Notes: generated from the sequence alone by a model not told the origin. A DNA stretch of 32,000 nt from Candidatus Methylomirabilis oxygeniifera (GCA_000091165.1 FP565575.1:1140001-1172000); one strand, 5' to 3'; positions 1 to 9,037 are shown, counted from the stretch's first letter. Numbers and translations are program-made.

Positions 1-237
1 CAGATTACGAAGGTCCAAGGACGGCTGGCCGACTATTCGATCAGAGCCATCACAGGCGGCAAGGACGCGCTAGGCGAGGTAGTCCTGAAGCTGGAGGTCA
101 ATGGTCACACCGTGATCGGCAAAGGCAGTTCGACCGATGTCATCGAGGCCAGCGTCAGGGCGTACTTAAACGCGATCAACAAGATCATCGGCGCCGAGCG
201 GCCGCCAAAGGATACGGCTGCGCCGAGAGGACTGTGA
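1..237 (+). CDS. leuA: 2-isopropylmalate synthase / citramalate synthase family, C-terminal regulatory (LeuA-dimer) end; partial, 5' end lies outside the window
   Basis: Frame 1 is open from base 1 to TGA at 235-237. It translates to ...YSIRAITGGKDALGEVVLKLEVNGHTVIGKGSSTDVIEASVRAYLNAINKI..., which matches the conserved C-terminal domain of LeuA/CimA enzymes. LeuA and CimA cannot be separated from this fragment. Confidence 0.65.
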   Translation, partial: QITKVQGRLADYSIRAITGGKDALGEVVLKLEVNGHTVIGKGSSTDVIEASVRAYLNAINKIIGAERPPKDTAAPRGL

Positions 238-255
238 CGGCGAGGGCGTGACATC

Positions 256-1275
256 ATGAGTAAAGCTTATACGGTTGCAGTCGTCGGAGCTACCGGTGCG
301 GTCGGAGAGACGATGCTTCAACTGCTGGAGGAACGGAACTTTCCCGTCCGGCAACTGAAGCTCTTGGCCTCCGAGCGGTCCGCCGGAAAGAGTCTGACCT
401 TTCTGGGGGAGGAGATCAAGGTCGAGCAGCTTAGTGAGCGTTCGTTCCAAGGGATTGAGATTGCTCTGTTCTCTGCGGGCGCCACCCGCAGTCAGCAGTT
501 TGCTCCGGCAGCCGTCAAGGCCGGTGCAATCGTCATCGATAACAGCTCCGCGTTCCGGATGGACCCGGAGATCCCGCTTGTTGTTCCGGAGATTAATCCG
601 GACGCACTTGCCGGATATCAGGATCGGGGCATCATCGCTAACCCTAACTGCACCACGATCGTCATGCTCATGCCGCTCAAGCCGCTGCACGACTATGGCC
701 GCGTCAGGCGCATCGTTGCCTCGAGCTACCAGGCGGTGTCCGGTGCTGGAGCAAAGGGAATCGAAGAGCTGAGACGGCAGACTCTGGCCTGGGCCAGGGG
801 TGAGTCGATCGAGATCGGGGCATTCCCTAAACAAATTGCATTCAACGTGATTCCTCATATCGACACATTTCAGCCGAACGGCTACACGAAGGAAGAGTTA
901 AAGCTTGTCTTCGAGACCCGAAAGATCCTGGGAGACGAAACGATCGGGGTCTCACCGACGACCGTGCGCGTCCCCGTGTTTACCGCTCACTCCATCTCCA
1001 TGAACGTCGAGACAGAGCGGAAGATCGGGGTAGAGAAGGCAAAGGAGTTACTTTCGAAAATGCCGGGACTCGTCGTATTCGATGACCCGGCAGCAGGCCG
1101 TTACCCGATGCCGGTTCTCGCGGCCGGTAAGGACGACTGCTTTGTAGGTCGGATCAGAGAAGATCTTTCGAACGATCACGCCCTCAATCTCTGGGTGGTG
1201 GGAGACCAGCTTCGAAAAGGGGCGGCCCTGAATGCCATCCAGATTGCCGAGCTGCTAGTCGACCGATATCTGTGA
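256..1275 (+). CDS. asd: aspartate-semialdehyde dehydrogenase
   Basis: 339-aa ORF. N-terminal Rossmann motif VAVVGATGAVG, active-site IANPNCTT, and an overall Asd-like sequence. Confidence 0.95.
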   Translation: MSKAYTVAVVGATGAVGETMLQLLEERNFPVRQLKLLASERSAGKSLTFLGEEIKVEQLSERSFQGIEIALFSAGATRSQQFAPAAVKAGAIVIDNSSAFRMDPEIPLVVPEINPDALAGYQDRGIIANPNCTTIVMLMPLKPLHDYGRVRRIVASSYQAVSGAGAKGIEELRRQTLAWARGESIEIGAFPKQIAFNVIPHIDTFQPNGYTKEELKLVFETRKILGDETIGVSPTTVRVPVFTAHSISMNVETERKIGVEKAKELLSKMPGLVVFDDPAAGRYPMPVLAAGKDDCFVGRIREDLSNDHALNLWVVGDQLRKGAALNAIQIAELLVDRYL

Positions 1276-1314
1276 ATCTACTGAGGGCTCATCCCCTTCG
1301 GCTTACCGTGAATT

Positions 1315-1343
1315 CGTCATACCGGCGAAAGTCGGTATCCAGA
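1315..1343. repeat. 29-nt hairpin repeat (cgtcaTACCGgcgaaagtCGGTAtccaga); an inverted copy lies at 8297-8325
   Basis: The reverse complement of 1315-1343 matches 8297-8325 apart from about 3 loop or stem-top positions. Both copies fold as a TACCG/CGGTA-type stem. Confidence 0.5.
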
Positions 1344-1466
1344 AGGCCCCACTGGGTTCTCCCGTATCCAGTGCGACGCAGGCGCGTCAAACATGGAATG
1401 ACGGGCCAGAATAGACGCCGACCTCTTACGGTTTCCTCCTTACCCCTTACGGCTTCTCAAAGTGTG

Positions 1467-2258
1467 ATGACGACGTTTAAGTTAACGATCGAATATGATG
1501 GAACCGACTATCATGGCTGGCAAGTCCAGCCCGGGATGACGACTATTCAAGGAACGCTACAGGGGGCTGTTGCGCGAATTGTCGGGAAAGATGTCCATGT
1601 GATGGGCGCGGGGCGAACCGACGCCGGCGTCCACGCCCATGGTCAGGTCGCCAGCCTTCGTACTGAATTTCATCATCCACCGGACACCTTCCGGCGAGCC
1701 TTGACCAGCGTACTGCCGTCGGACATTGTGGTGACGGCGGTAGAGGAGATGGACGACGACTTTCATGCCCAGTACTCGGCTCAGTGGAAACGGTACCGGT
1801 ATAGCCTGCTCACGCGACCGTACCCCTCCGCCATCGAACGTCGCTACACCTTATTTGTTCCTTACCCTCTGCAGACAGATGCCATGGCTGTCGCCGCAGG
1901 AAGTCTGGTCGGTACCCACGATTTCAGTGCCTTTCAAGCCGCTCACAGCTCCGCAGAGTCTCCCGTCCGGACGGTCTTGGTGGCTGAGTTCCGGCAGCAT
2001 GGAGATCACCTGCTCTTTGAGATTGTAGCCGATGGATTTCTCCGCCACATGATCCGAATCATCATGGGAACCTTGTTGGACATTGGGCGGGGGAGATTAC
2101 AGGTGGAAGCACTTCATATAATACGTGAGGGAAGAGACCGCAACCAAGCGTCAAAAACGATCTCTCCACATGGACTGTGTCTGCTTGAGGTGGGCTACCA
2201 CCCCTTCAGTACCAGGCTGAAGACCGAAGGTGAAGGGGCTGAAGGTAGAGGGCTTTGA
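1467..2258 (+). CDS. truA: tRNA pseudouridine(38-40) synthase TruA
   Basis: MTTFKLTIEYDGTDYHGWQVQ... with catalytic GAGRTDAGVHA. The ORF track starts at GTG 1272, but the extra 65 aa are Arg-rich low complexity translated from intergenic repeats. I therefore prefer ATG 1467 (GTG 1464 is also possible). No clear SD. Confidence 0.85.
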   Translation: MTTFKLTIEYDGTDYHGWQVQPGMTTIQGTLQGAVARIVGKDVHVMGAGRTDAGVHAHGQVASLRTEFHHPPDTFRRALTSVLPSDIVVTAVEEMDDDFHAQYSAQWKRYRYSLLTRPYPSAIERRYTLFVPYPLQTDAMAVAAGSLVGTHDFSAFQAAHSSAESPVRTVLVAEFRQHGDHLLFEIVADGFLRHMIRIIMGTLLDIGRGRLQVEALHIIREGRDRNQASKTISPHGLCLLEVGYHPFSTRLKTEGEGAEGRGL

Positions 2259-2278
2259 GAATCCTTCAGTCTTCAGTC
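2217..2278 (+). repeat. imperfect inverted repeat spanning the truA stop codon, ending in the tandem heptamer CTTCAGT CTTCAGT
   Basis: ctgaagaccgaagg (2217-2230, inside the truA C-terminus) pairs 13/14 with ccttcagtcttcag (2264-2277). This is a member of the NNTCAGY heptamer family. It may act as a terminator or RNA 3'-end structure, but has no U-tract. Confidence 0.4.
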
Positions 2279-2318
2279 TACGTGTCTGACCGCTGTTTTA
2301 CCAGGAGGTGTGCATCCT

Positions 2319-3914
2319 ATGAGCAACTCGACTGATCTCTCCCGAAGAAGGCTTTTGCAATACTTCGGTCTCAGCGCAGTGGCGACGGCCGTGGTTCCGG
2401 ACTGGCTGTTGGCGGCGAGCGAACAGGGTTCTCAGAACCAAGCTGGTCCATCAGAACCGGATGTGGAGTGCGGAATCACTGCGCTGACAACAGAGCTTCC
2501 GATTCTCTCGGCCGATCGTCCGACAAAGGTCTGGAAGTTTTCCGGCGAGTTGGTCAAGGGTCCACCCGGCACCGTACAGAACATCCCGGACAGCTATCTC
2601 GGTCCCATCCTACGGTTACGCAAGGGACAAAAGGTGCGCATCCGTTTCCACAACAAATTGCCGGAACCCTGCATCATCCATCAGCATGGCCTGCACGTAC
2701 CCGAGAAGGCGGATGGCCACCCTCGACATCAGATCGGCAGCGGCCAAACCTCTGTGTACGAATTCACGGTCCTCGATCGCGCCGGAACCTATTGGTTCCA
2801 CCCGCACACACACCATCGGACGGCTGAGCAGGCCTACTATGGTCTGGCGGGTTTGATTCTCGTGACTGATGCTGAGGAGCAGTCGTTGGAGTTGCCTCGC
2901 GATGAGTATGATGTTCCACTGGTCATTCAGGATCGCAGCTTTGATGATCAGAACCAGCTCCGCTATATTGCGCATAGGCATGACCGATGGAGGGGGTTCC
3001 TGGGCGATCGGGTGCTGGTCAACGGCAAACTGAATTTCGTCCTCCCGCTTGCGACCCGCGCCTACCGTCTTCGAATCCTCAACGGAGCGAATTCCCGCAT
3101 CTATAAGCTGACGTGGAGCGATGGAGGTCCGTTGACCGTGATTGGTACCGATGGGGGACTTCTGGAAACTCCGGAGGTCCGCAACTATCTAATGTTGGCC
3201 CCCGGTGAACGAGTAGACCTGTGGGCGGACTTCCGTGGCCGAAAGGTCGGTGACGAAATCACGCTGCGCAGCACTGCCTTCTCCGGCGTCATGCCTATGA
3301 TGGGTATGGGCGGCGGCATGATGGGGATGGGGCGCGGTATGCGAGGCGGTATGATGGGTGGCGCTCTGCCTCAAGGCGCGGAGTATCCCATCCTGACGGT
3401 TCGTATTGTGAGGGAGGAACGTGATCAACTGACCCTTCCGCGCCACTTATCGCAGATTGAGCGGTACCGACCGCAAGAAGCCGCCAATAGCCGGAAGCCC
3501 AGGTCGATCCATCTGTCAATGAGAGGTATGTCGCCACAACTGAATGGCCGCTCATTTGAAATGACTAAAGTTGCCGAAGATGAGGTCATCCCGCTCAATA
3601 CCTTACAGGTTCTTGAATTCGTCAATCAGGACCACCGGGCCCGTGGGATGATGATGGCCCACCCAATGCACATCCACGGACAGCAGTTTCAGGTGCTCAA
3701 ACGGGAGCTGGCATCCGGATTTGAACAGCGCTACGCGTCGGTCAGTCAAGGATTCGTCGATAACGGCTGGAAGGATACGGTGCTGGTCATGCCGGGGGAA
3801 AAGGTCACAATCCTCAAACGCTTTGACCATTACACGGGTCTGTATCTCTATCACTGCCACAATCTCGAACACGAGGATCTGGATATGATGCGCAACTTTC
3901 TGGTGCAAGCATAG
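2319..3914 (+). CDS. Tat-exported multicopper oxidase (CueO/CopA-like) with a methionine-rich insert
   Basis: AGGAGG at 2303-2308 precedes ATG 2319. Twin-arginine signal SRRRLLQYFGL. The four copper-ligand motifs are HQHGLH, WFHPHTHH, HPMHIHG and HCHNLEHEDLDMM. Met-rich loop GVMPMMGMGGGMMGMGRGMRGGMMGG lies at about 3285-3365. Confidence 0.9.
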   Translation: MSNSTDLSRRRLLQYFGLSAVATAVVPDWLLAASEQGSQNQAGPSEPDVECGITALTTELPILSADRPTKVWKFSGELVKGPPGTVQNIPDSYLGPILRLRKGQKVRIRFHNKLPEPCIIHQHGLHVPEKADGHPRHQIGSGQTSVYEFTVLDRAGTYWFHPHTHHRTAEQAYYGLAGLILVTDAEEQSLELPRDEYDVPLVIQDRSFDDQNQLRYIAHRHDRWRGFLGDRVLVNGKLNFVLPLATRAYRLRILNGANSRIYKLTWSDGGPLTVIGTDGGLLETPEVRNYLMLAPGERVDLWADFRGRKVGDEITLRSTAFSGVMPMMGMGGGMMGMGRGMRGGMMGGALPQGAEYPILTVRIVREERDQLTLPRHLSQIERYRPQEAANSRKPRSIHLSMRGMSPQLNGRSFEMTKVAEDEVIPLNTLQVLEFVNQDHRARGMMMAHPMHIHGQQFQVLKRELASGFEQRYASVSQGFVDNGWKDTVLVMPGEKVTILKRFDHYTGLYLYHCHNLEHEDLDMMRNFLVQA

Positions 3915-3966
3915 CGCAATTACGGTCTTGGATCGTTTCGTCCGACACCAATGACAAGGAGGCAAT

Positions 3967-5034
3967 ATGCGGTTAATCGGGAAGAGCATCTCTGGACACC
4001 GGGCCATCGCGATCGGTGCGGCCTTGCTGTTGTGGACAGTGCTGTGGCAGCAGTCCGCGTTCGGCGGCGAGCCGACGGCCAAACCGGTTCAATCGAAGGC
4101 GGCTGCAAAAATAGATGACTATGTGATTACGCTCGATGAGATCGAGAAGGCTCTGGCCCCGCAGCTCGCCAAATTGGAAGATCAAAAGTTCCAGCTCCTG
4201 GAGTCAAAGCTGGATGAGCTGATCGAAAAGCGCCTTCTAGCAGTCGAGGCGAAGCGCCGCGGGATAACGGTCGAGGACCTATTGAAGGCCGAGGTCACCT
4301 CGAAGATCCCCGAGGTAAGCGACGCAGAGGTAACGGCATTCATTACGCAGAACCGGGCGCGCCTTCAAGGAGACGAAGCCGGGCTTCGCCCCAAGGTCCG
4401 TGACTATTTGAGCGACCAAAAGATGGAAGAAAAGCAAAGAATCTATCTGGCCGGACTCCGGCAACACGCAAAGGTCGAGCGCTTTCTGGAAGAGCCTGAG
4501 CCGACTCGAATTGCCGTGAGCGCGGAAGGAGCCTTTGCGCAAGGCCCCAAGGATGCGCCGATTACCATCGTGGAGTTCTCCGACTTTCAGTGTCCATACT
4601 GTAGTCGCGTTGTCGCGACCTTGAAGGAGATCGTGCGACTGTACCCAAAGCAGGTACGATTGGCGTTTCGGGACTTCCCGATCGCTAACCTTCACCCCAA
4701 GGCGGCGAAGGCGCACGAGGCCGCTCGATGCGCCGGCGAACAAGGGAAGTTTTGGGGGTATCATGATCGACTGTTTGAGTCTCAAGCGCAGGCTACGGTC
4801 GCGGACTTCAAACGATTCGCTGAGCAGTTGAAGCTCGATGGCAAGAACTTTGCTACCTGTCTGGACAGCGGAAAGTACGCGGCAGCAGTCGAGGCTGATG
4901 TGCAGGAAGGGACGCGCCTCGGCATCACCGGCACCCCGACCTTCTTTATCAACGGACGGCTCGTGGTTGGCGCTCTTCCGCTGGAGATGTTCCAGAAGTT
5001 TATCGACCGGGAGCTTCGCCGCTCTGTGAAATAA
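3967..5034 (+). CDS. periplasmic thiol:disulfide oxidoreductase, DsbA-family thioredoxin domain fused to a SurA-N-like chaperone region
   Basis: AAGGAGG lies 5 nt upstream of ATG 3967. There is a signal or anchor segment, and a C-terminal thioredoxin fold with FSDFQCPYCSR (CPYC) and GTPTFFINGR. The N-terminal half is helical and charged like SurA_N. Confidence 0.8.
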   Translation: MRLIGKSISGHRAIAIGAALLLWTVLWQQSAFGGEPTAKPVQSKAAAKIDDYVITLDEIEKALAPQLAKLEDQKFQLLESKLDELIEKRLLAVEAKRRGITVEDLLKAEVTSKIPEVSDAEVTAFITQNRARLQGDEAGLRPKVRDYLSDQKMEEKQRIYLAGLRQHAKVERFLEEPEPTRIAVSAEGAFAQGPKDAPITIVEFSDFQCPYCSRVVATLKEIVRLYPKQVRLAFRDFPIANLHPKAAKAHEAARCAGEQGKFWGYHDRLFESQAQATVADFKRFAEQLKLDGKNFATCLDSGKYAAAVEADVQEGTRLGITGTPTFFINGRLVVGALPLEMFQKFIDRELRRSVK

Positions 5035-5299
5035 TTCGCGTCAAGTCGATCGATCGGGTTGAGGGACAAAACCCCGCTATGCGGCAGCTATGCAAAGATA
5101 TACGTGCGCAGCGCTTGGATTCGCTTTGCTCGTCCCAGCCTATCGTGGCCCGTCGAGAATGGTCCCGGGTTCAAATCGATTTTTCTTGACTTAGTAAAAC
5201 GTTCCGGATTTAAATATCGCATACTGAAACACTCAGTTGCTCTTCAAACGTGCTTCACCTTCAGTCCCGCGAACGCAGCGGCGAAGCAAGAGGTGTGAG

Positions 5300-5761
5300 A
5301 TGTCGATCGAAGACAACAAGCGTCTGGTACGTCGTCTCTATGAAGAGACCGATAAGCAGAATTTCGGGGCGATGGATGAGTTCTTCTCCGCCGACCTCAT
5401 CGATCACGATCCACCGCCAATCCCCGATCTTAAACCCGGTCTGGAAGGCATCAAGCAGGCGTTCAAGGTGTTTGCGAGCGCGTACCCTGACGGCACCCAT
5501 GTCATCCATGATCTCATTGCTGAGGGAGATCGGGTCGTGGTGCGAGTGAGCGGAACCGGAACGCAGACAGGGGAATTCAAGGGGATCAAGCCAACCGGGA
5601 AGAAGGTAGAGATGACCGGCATTGTCATCTATCGGATCGAAGGCGGAAAAATCGTGGAGCGCTGGGCGCAGCACAACTTCCTTGGGTTTGTCATGCAGCA
5701 ACTGGGAGTAGTATCCCTGCCGGGCATGAGCCCTCACCCCCATCCTGACCAGCCAAGCTAA
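5300..5761 (+). CDS. SnoaL-like / ester cyclase family protein (NTF2 fold)
   Basis: MSIEDNKRLVRRLYEE...F.ADLIDH...G.EGIKQ.F..F..A.PD....I.DLIAEGDRVVVR....GT..GEF.GI.PTGKKVE..GI.IYRIE.GKIVE.W is the typical ester-cyclase pattern. Start moved from the ORF-track 5237 to ATG 5300. Confidence 0.7.
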   Translation: MSIEDNKRLVRRLYEETDKQNFGAMDEFFSADLIDHDPPPIPDLKPGLEGIKQAFKVFASAYPDGTHVIHDLIAEGDRVVVRVSGTGTQTGEFKGIKPTGKKVEMTGIVIYRIEGGKIVERWAQHNFLGFVMQQLGVVSLPGMSPHPHPDQPS

Positions 5762-5851
5762 GCGCGCCCGCCAAGCCTGATGGGACGGCGGGTCAGCGGC
5801 GGGCTGAGGCGCGAGCTTGCTCGCGTGAACGACTGTCCGCTAACCGGCTTG

Positions 5852-7862
5852 CTATAGTTTCTCTTTGTATTCCCTGAAGCCGGCAACCAATTGCCGGAAA
5901 GAGGTGGGTTTGTATTTCTCAAAGCTCTCTTCGTCCACGTACACAAAGTCATAAATCACATCCGACTGCACCCGGTTGATGTCCTCGCACCATTGCCGCA
6001 ACCGTTCCATCTTCAGCGGCACGTCCAGCTCTTCCTGCCCCTTGGTTTCTACAACGAACACCTGCTTGCCGGATAGTTTGACAACAAAATCGGGGTGGTA
6101 ATTAGCAATGTCGCCATCAGCGTTCACGTAATCCAGCTTGAAATGCACGGCCATGTAGTTCTTGCCGTAGGACACCACATCGTCGCAATCTTCCAGGAAG
6201 CGAGCGAACAGCAGTTCAAAGTTGCTGTCCCCGATGATACGGTTAAAGACACTCTTTTTCGGGATGAGGTAGCCCTGATCCTTGGCCACAAAGGGGCGCG
6301 TCTGCCGCAGCTTGATCGTGTCGCGGATTTCGGTGTCGCCTTTGTCCTGTACGGTGAGGGCGTTGATCGCCTTCTTAAACGTCTCAAGTAAGGTCTTGGT
6401 AGCAGCCGGTTCTGACAGGTTGCGCAGAGTGTTGGGGTTTTCCAGGTCTACCGGCCGGTCAAACAACCGGTCCCGAATAAACGCCTTGACCTTGCCGTAC
6501 AGCACATCGTAGCCGCTGACCAGCCGCAAGTCCTTCATGATGGTCTGCGCGAAATAGCCGATCACACTGCTGTAATCGGCAACGCCCGCCGTGTCGAGGA
6601 TGGTGGTGTGCGTTACCTCGCCGGTGGTGATGTCCTTGAAGACGATCTCCCGCTGCTCCTCCTCGCTGAACTGCAGGTACTCCACGCGCCGATACCCCTG
6701 CGCGGCCACGTCCAGATTACCCAAGTTCTTGTATTCCCGATAGACGCGGGGGGTCAGCACCGGGATGTCAATATCCAGCCCGTCGATGTCTTTCTTCTCG
6801 TTCTCCTTGTCAACCTCCACCACCAGCGGCGTTTTCGCTTGCGTGCCTTCGCCCATCGGCTTGCGCTCCAGCACCACGCCTTCGGCCTGGATGGATTCCA
6901 CAAAATCCATAAAGGCATTCGTGCCGACAACGCTGACGTATTCTTCCAGGCCGCCGGGGTACATCTTGCGCAGGCCGCGCCCAAGTGTTTGTTCGGGCAG
7001 GATGTTGCTCTTGGCGGAATAGGCACGTAGCCCCACAATGGTGGTGACATTGCGCACGTCCCAGCCCTCTTTGAGCACCATCACCGAGATGATAGCCTTG
7101 TAGGGACTGTCCATTCCATCAATCGCGTTGGCTTGCTCGCGCAGCGTATCCAACTCTTCTTTGCTCTTGCCTGATGTTGATTCAGAAATCTCGCCGTTGT
7201 TCTTGGTGTGAATGACCAGCACGGCGTCCTGCAGGTCCGGATAGTTGCCTTCCAAATATTCAGCCACATCGTCGCAGTTGCGGGTGTCGTCGGTCATCAC
7301 GAACAGGATGGCTTTCTTGCCCATCTTTTCATGTTCGACGTACGCCTTGCGCCACTCGATCACGCCCAGGTGAATGTAATCGGTGTATTTGTCGGTGTAC
7401 TTGGCGCTCTGGCGCTCCGTCAGTTTGGCGCGGCTGGCGGCATCGGGTACGACGGGGTGCTTGACCACGTTTTGCGAGATGGCTTCCACCAGCGGGTAAT
7501 CGGCCACGGTCTGCACGAATATCGCGCCGTTGTTGTGCCTGGGCGTGGCGGTCACGTCCACTTGCAGCGAGAGGGCAGCCCCTTTTTGCTTCAGCCGATT
7601 GTGGATGTCTTCGATGGATTTGAACCAGGCCATGCGCGGGTCGTGAATATGGTGCGCCTCGTCGTTGAGCACCACAAGCTCGTCAATATCCCGCACAATC
7701 ATGCCCAAATCCACCTTGGAGTCGGTGGTCGCGCCGCTGGGCCGCCTACCGAGAAAATAATCCATCGTATCTTCATCATCGGGCGAGGGTGGAATATCAT
7801 CCCCTGCATAGACGCGGTGGATGTTGGTCAGGAAGATGTTGCCGGTTGAGCGGGTGACACGT
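5852..7862 (-). pseudogene. type III restriction enzyme Res subunit (SF2 helicase plus C-terminal PD-(D/E)xK nuclease), 5'-truncated
   Basis: Contains helicase motif II (VLNDEAHH), motif III (VTATP), motifs V/VI (VLKEGWDVRNV...QTLGRGLR) and the C-terminal nuclease signature (HPDFVV...VVETKG). There is no Walker A/motif I. Res-like sequence stops at about 7862, where the opposite strand becomes transposase-like. The first ~63 aa of the 732-aa track ORF are antisense read-through of that remnant. No mod gene is present. Confidence 0.75.
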
Positions 7863-7864
7863 AC

Positions 7865-8285
7865 CTCGTCCTGCCGGTGCAGCAGCGCCGGTATGATGCG
7901 TTCTGCGAGGAGTACAACTGGCACCGGTCGCATGAGGCGTTGGGACGCAAGACGCCGGGCGAGGTGTATGGCGCGTCGCCCCGGCCTTATCCGGGCATCC
8001 TCCCACCGGTTGAGTACGAGTCGGGCGTCACCGTGCGGCAGGTGCGCCACAACGGTGAGATCAAGTGGCGGGGTGCACGCATCTACGTCTCAGACGTCTT
8101 GGCGCACGAGCCAGTGGGCCTGACGCTCATTGATGAGGACGCCTGGGAGGTACGTTACAGTTTTCATGTCCTTGGGGTCCTCGAGCAACGCCTCAAGAAG
8201 ATCATGCCCGCCACAGGCTGGCATGGCGCTGAGCAGGTCAACGTGTAAACCATGTCCCCGGTCTAAAACGTAAATCATGTCCGGC
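7865..8285 (+). mobile_element. 3' remnant of a DDE (rve/integrase-core) transposase gene, IS481/IS3-like, plus a probable IS end
   Basis: ...QQRRYDAFCEEYNWHRSHEALGRKTPGEVY...VRQVRHNGEIKWRGARIYVSDVLAHEPVGL...WEVRYSFHVLGVL is the characteristic C-terminal tail of IS481-type transposases. The catalytic core and N-terminus are absent. After the stop (8248) comes a duplicated CATGTCC motif (ccatgtccccggtctaaaacgtaaatcatgtccgg), which may be terminal-repeat debris. Confidence 0.7.
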
Positions 8286-8296
8286 TTGCACAGAAC

Positions 8297-8325
8297 TCTG
8301 GATACCGGCTTCCGCCGGTATGACG
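8297..8325. repeat. inverted copy of the 1315-1343 hairpin repeat (tctggaTACCGGcttccgCCGGTAtgacg)
   Basis: Direct by-eye comparison with the reverse complement of 1315-1343. Confidence 0.5.
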
Positions 8326-8494
8326 AACTCGAGGCAAGCCGCGGGGAATGAACCCCCTATGGATTCAGCCAAAACTTTGCGAAGAAGCGTTCCCGCTGCA
8401 CATGGATGTGCGGCGGCTCAGCTCTCTCATTGCTGTAAAAGTAAAACCTGTACGGCCCGCTTCTCAGTATCGTTGGCATTGCCTTAGAGGGGTG

Positions 8495-8804
8495 GTGAAT
8501 TGCCCCGTTTCAGTGGGGTTGCCCATGCCGTCTCCTCTCTGGCTGGCCTGCCTGTGGCAGGCAAGCGGCAGACAGGCCTCTCCAAGGGGAAGAAAGGTGA
8601 CCGACGATCTATTACGCCAAATCCGGGAGACGGTCAAGCGCTTTTTGTGGCTTTTTGTGGCGAAACAGGTGTCGAGACTGACTTTTCGAGGGAAAGCGTG
8701 GAGGCGTCCAGCAATCCATCACGGTCGGGCGGTCGGAGCGGGAGAGAACGGGGAGATTGCTTCGTTGCACTCGCAATGACGCGGCAGGCGGTTGGCCTCG
8801 CGCA
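8495..8804 (+). repeat. copy A of a ~310-340 bp direct repeat bracketing the hicAB cassette
   Basis: Aligns collinearly with 9748-10086. Both begin gtgaattgcccc(c)gtttca and share a ~150-nt core with only about 15 mismatches (ctctccaaggggaagaaa...acggtcgg). Copy A lacks about 30 nt that copy B has. Both end ...ctcgcaatgacgcgg.agnnggttgg.ctcgcgc. Weaker similarity continues to about 8835/10120. Confidence 0.7.
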
Positions 8805-8870
8805 CCGGACGTCCTCCGATGCGTGTGCGCCGGCCGGCCGCTATAACAAATGGTTCGGCTGTCTCCACTA

Positions 8871-9017
8871 TCACGTCTCGCTCTCCACCCGGACCAGGTC
8901 CCGGTGCGGCATAGCCGCCGCGAAAAGCTCCGAAAGTTTCTGGATGGTCGGGACTGATCGGCCCTGCTCATAACGGGCGTAGGCGTTGATTGTGCGCGAA
9001 TGAGCCCCGGAAGTCAT
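8871..9017 (-). pseudogene. orphan 48-aa HTH (XRE-like) stub, probably a remnant of another antitoxin or regulator gene
   Basis: Minus-strand ATG at 9017 gives MTSGAHSRTINAYARYEQGRSVPTIQKLSELFAAAMPHRDLVRVESET*. The segment SRTINAYxRYEQGRSVPTIQKLxELF resembles helix 3 and the C-terminal part of HTH_3 domains, but the first helices are missing. It lies 20 nt downstream of the hicB stop in a different frame. Confidence 0.3.
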
Positions 9018-9037
9018 CGAGCTTGTTCGGTGGTAGT

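Noticed and set aside
166-858. Long antisense ORFs opposite well-supported genes (166-858, 10742-11417, 16549-17184, 19054-19914, 25338-26072, 26076-26759 and many shorter ones).
   Set aside because: They lie entirely inside and opposite genes with strong family signatures. Their products are low-complexity and Arg/Pro/Ser-rich, with no motifs. This is typical shadow-ORF behaviour in GC-rich DNA.
1272-1466. truA starting at the GTG that overlaps the asd stop codon (translational coupling).
   Set aside because: The added 65 aa are translated intergenic repeats (Arg-rich, no TruA similarity). TruA conservation starts at MTTFKLTIEYDG.
5100-5180. Possible tRNA or tmRNA fragment (GGTTCAAATC T-loop-like motif at about 5168-5177, cgcttggattcgc upstream) as an integration-site remnant marking an island border.
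   Set aside because: No T-stem partner follows the loop (ccggg/cgatt do not pair), and I could not fold an acceptor or anticodon arm. It is probably chance similarity in an AT-richer spacer.
5762-5851. Bidirectional terminator between the convergent SnoaL-like and res genes (gcgag-cttg-ctcgc at about 5809-5822).
   Set aside because: The stem is only 5-6 bp and there is no U-tract on either strand.
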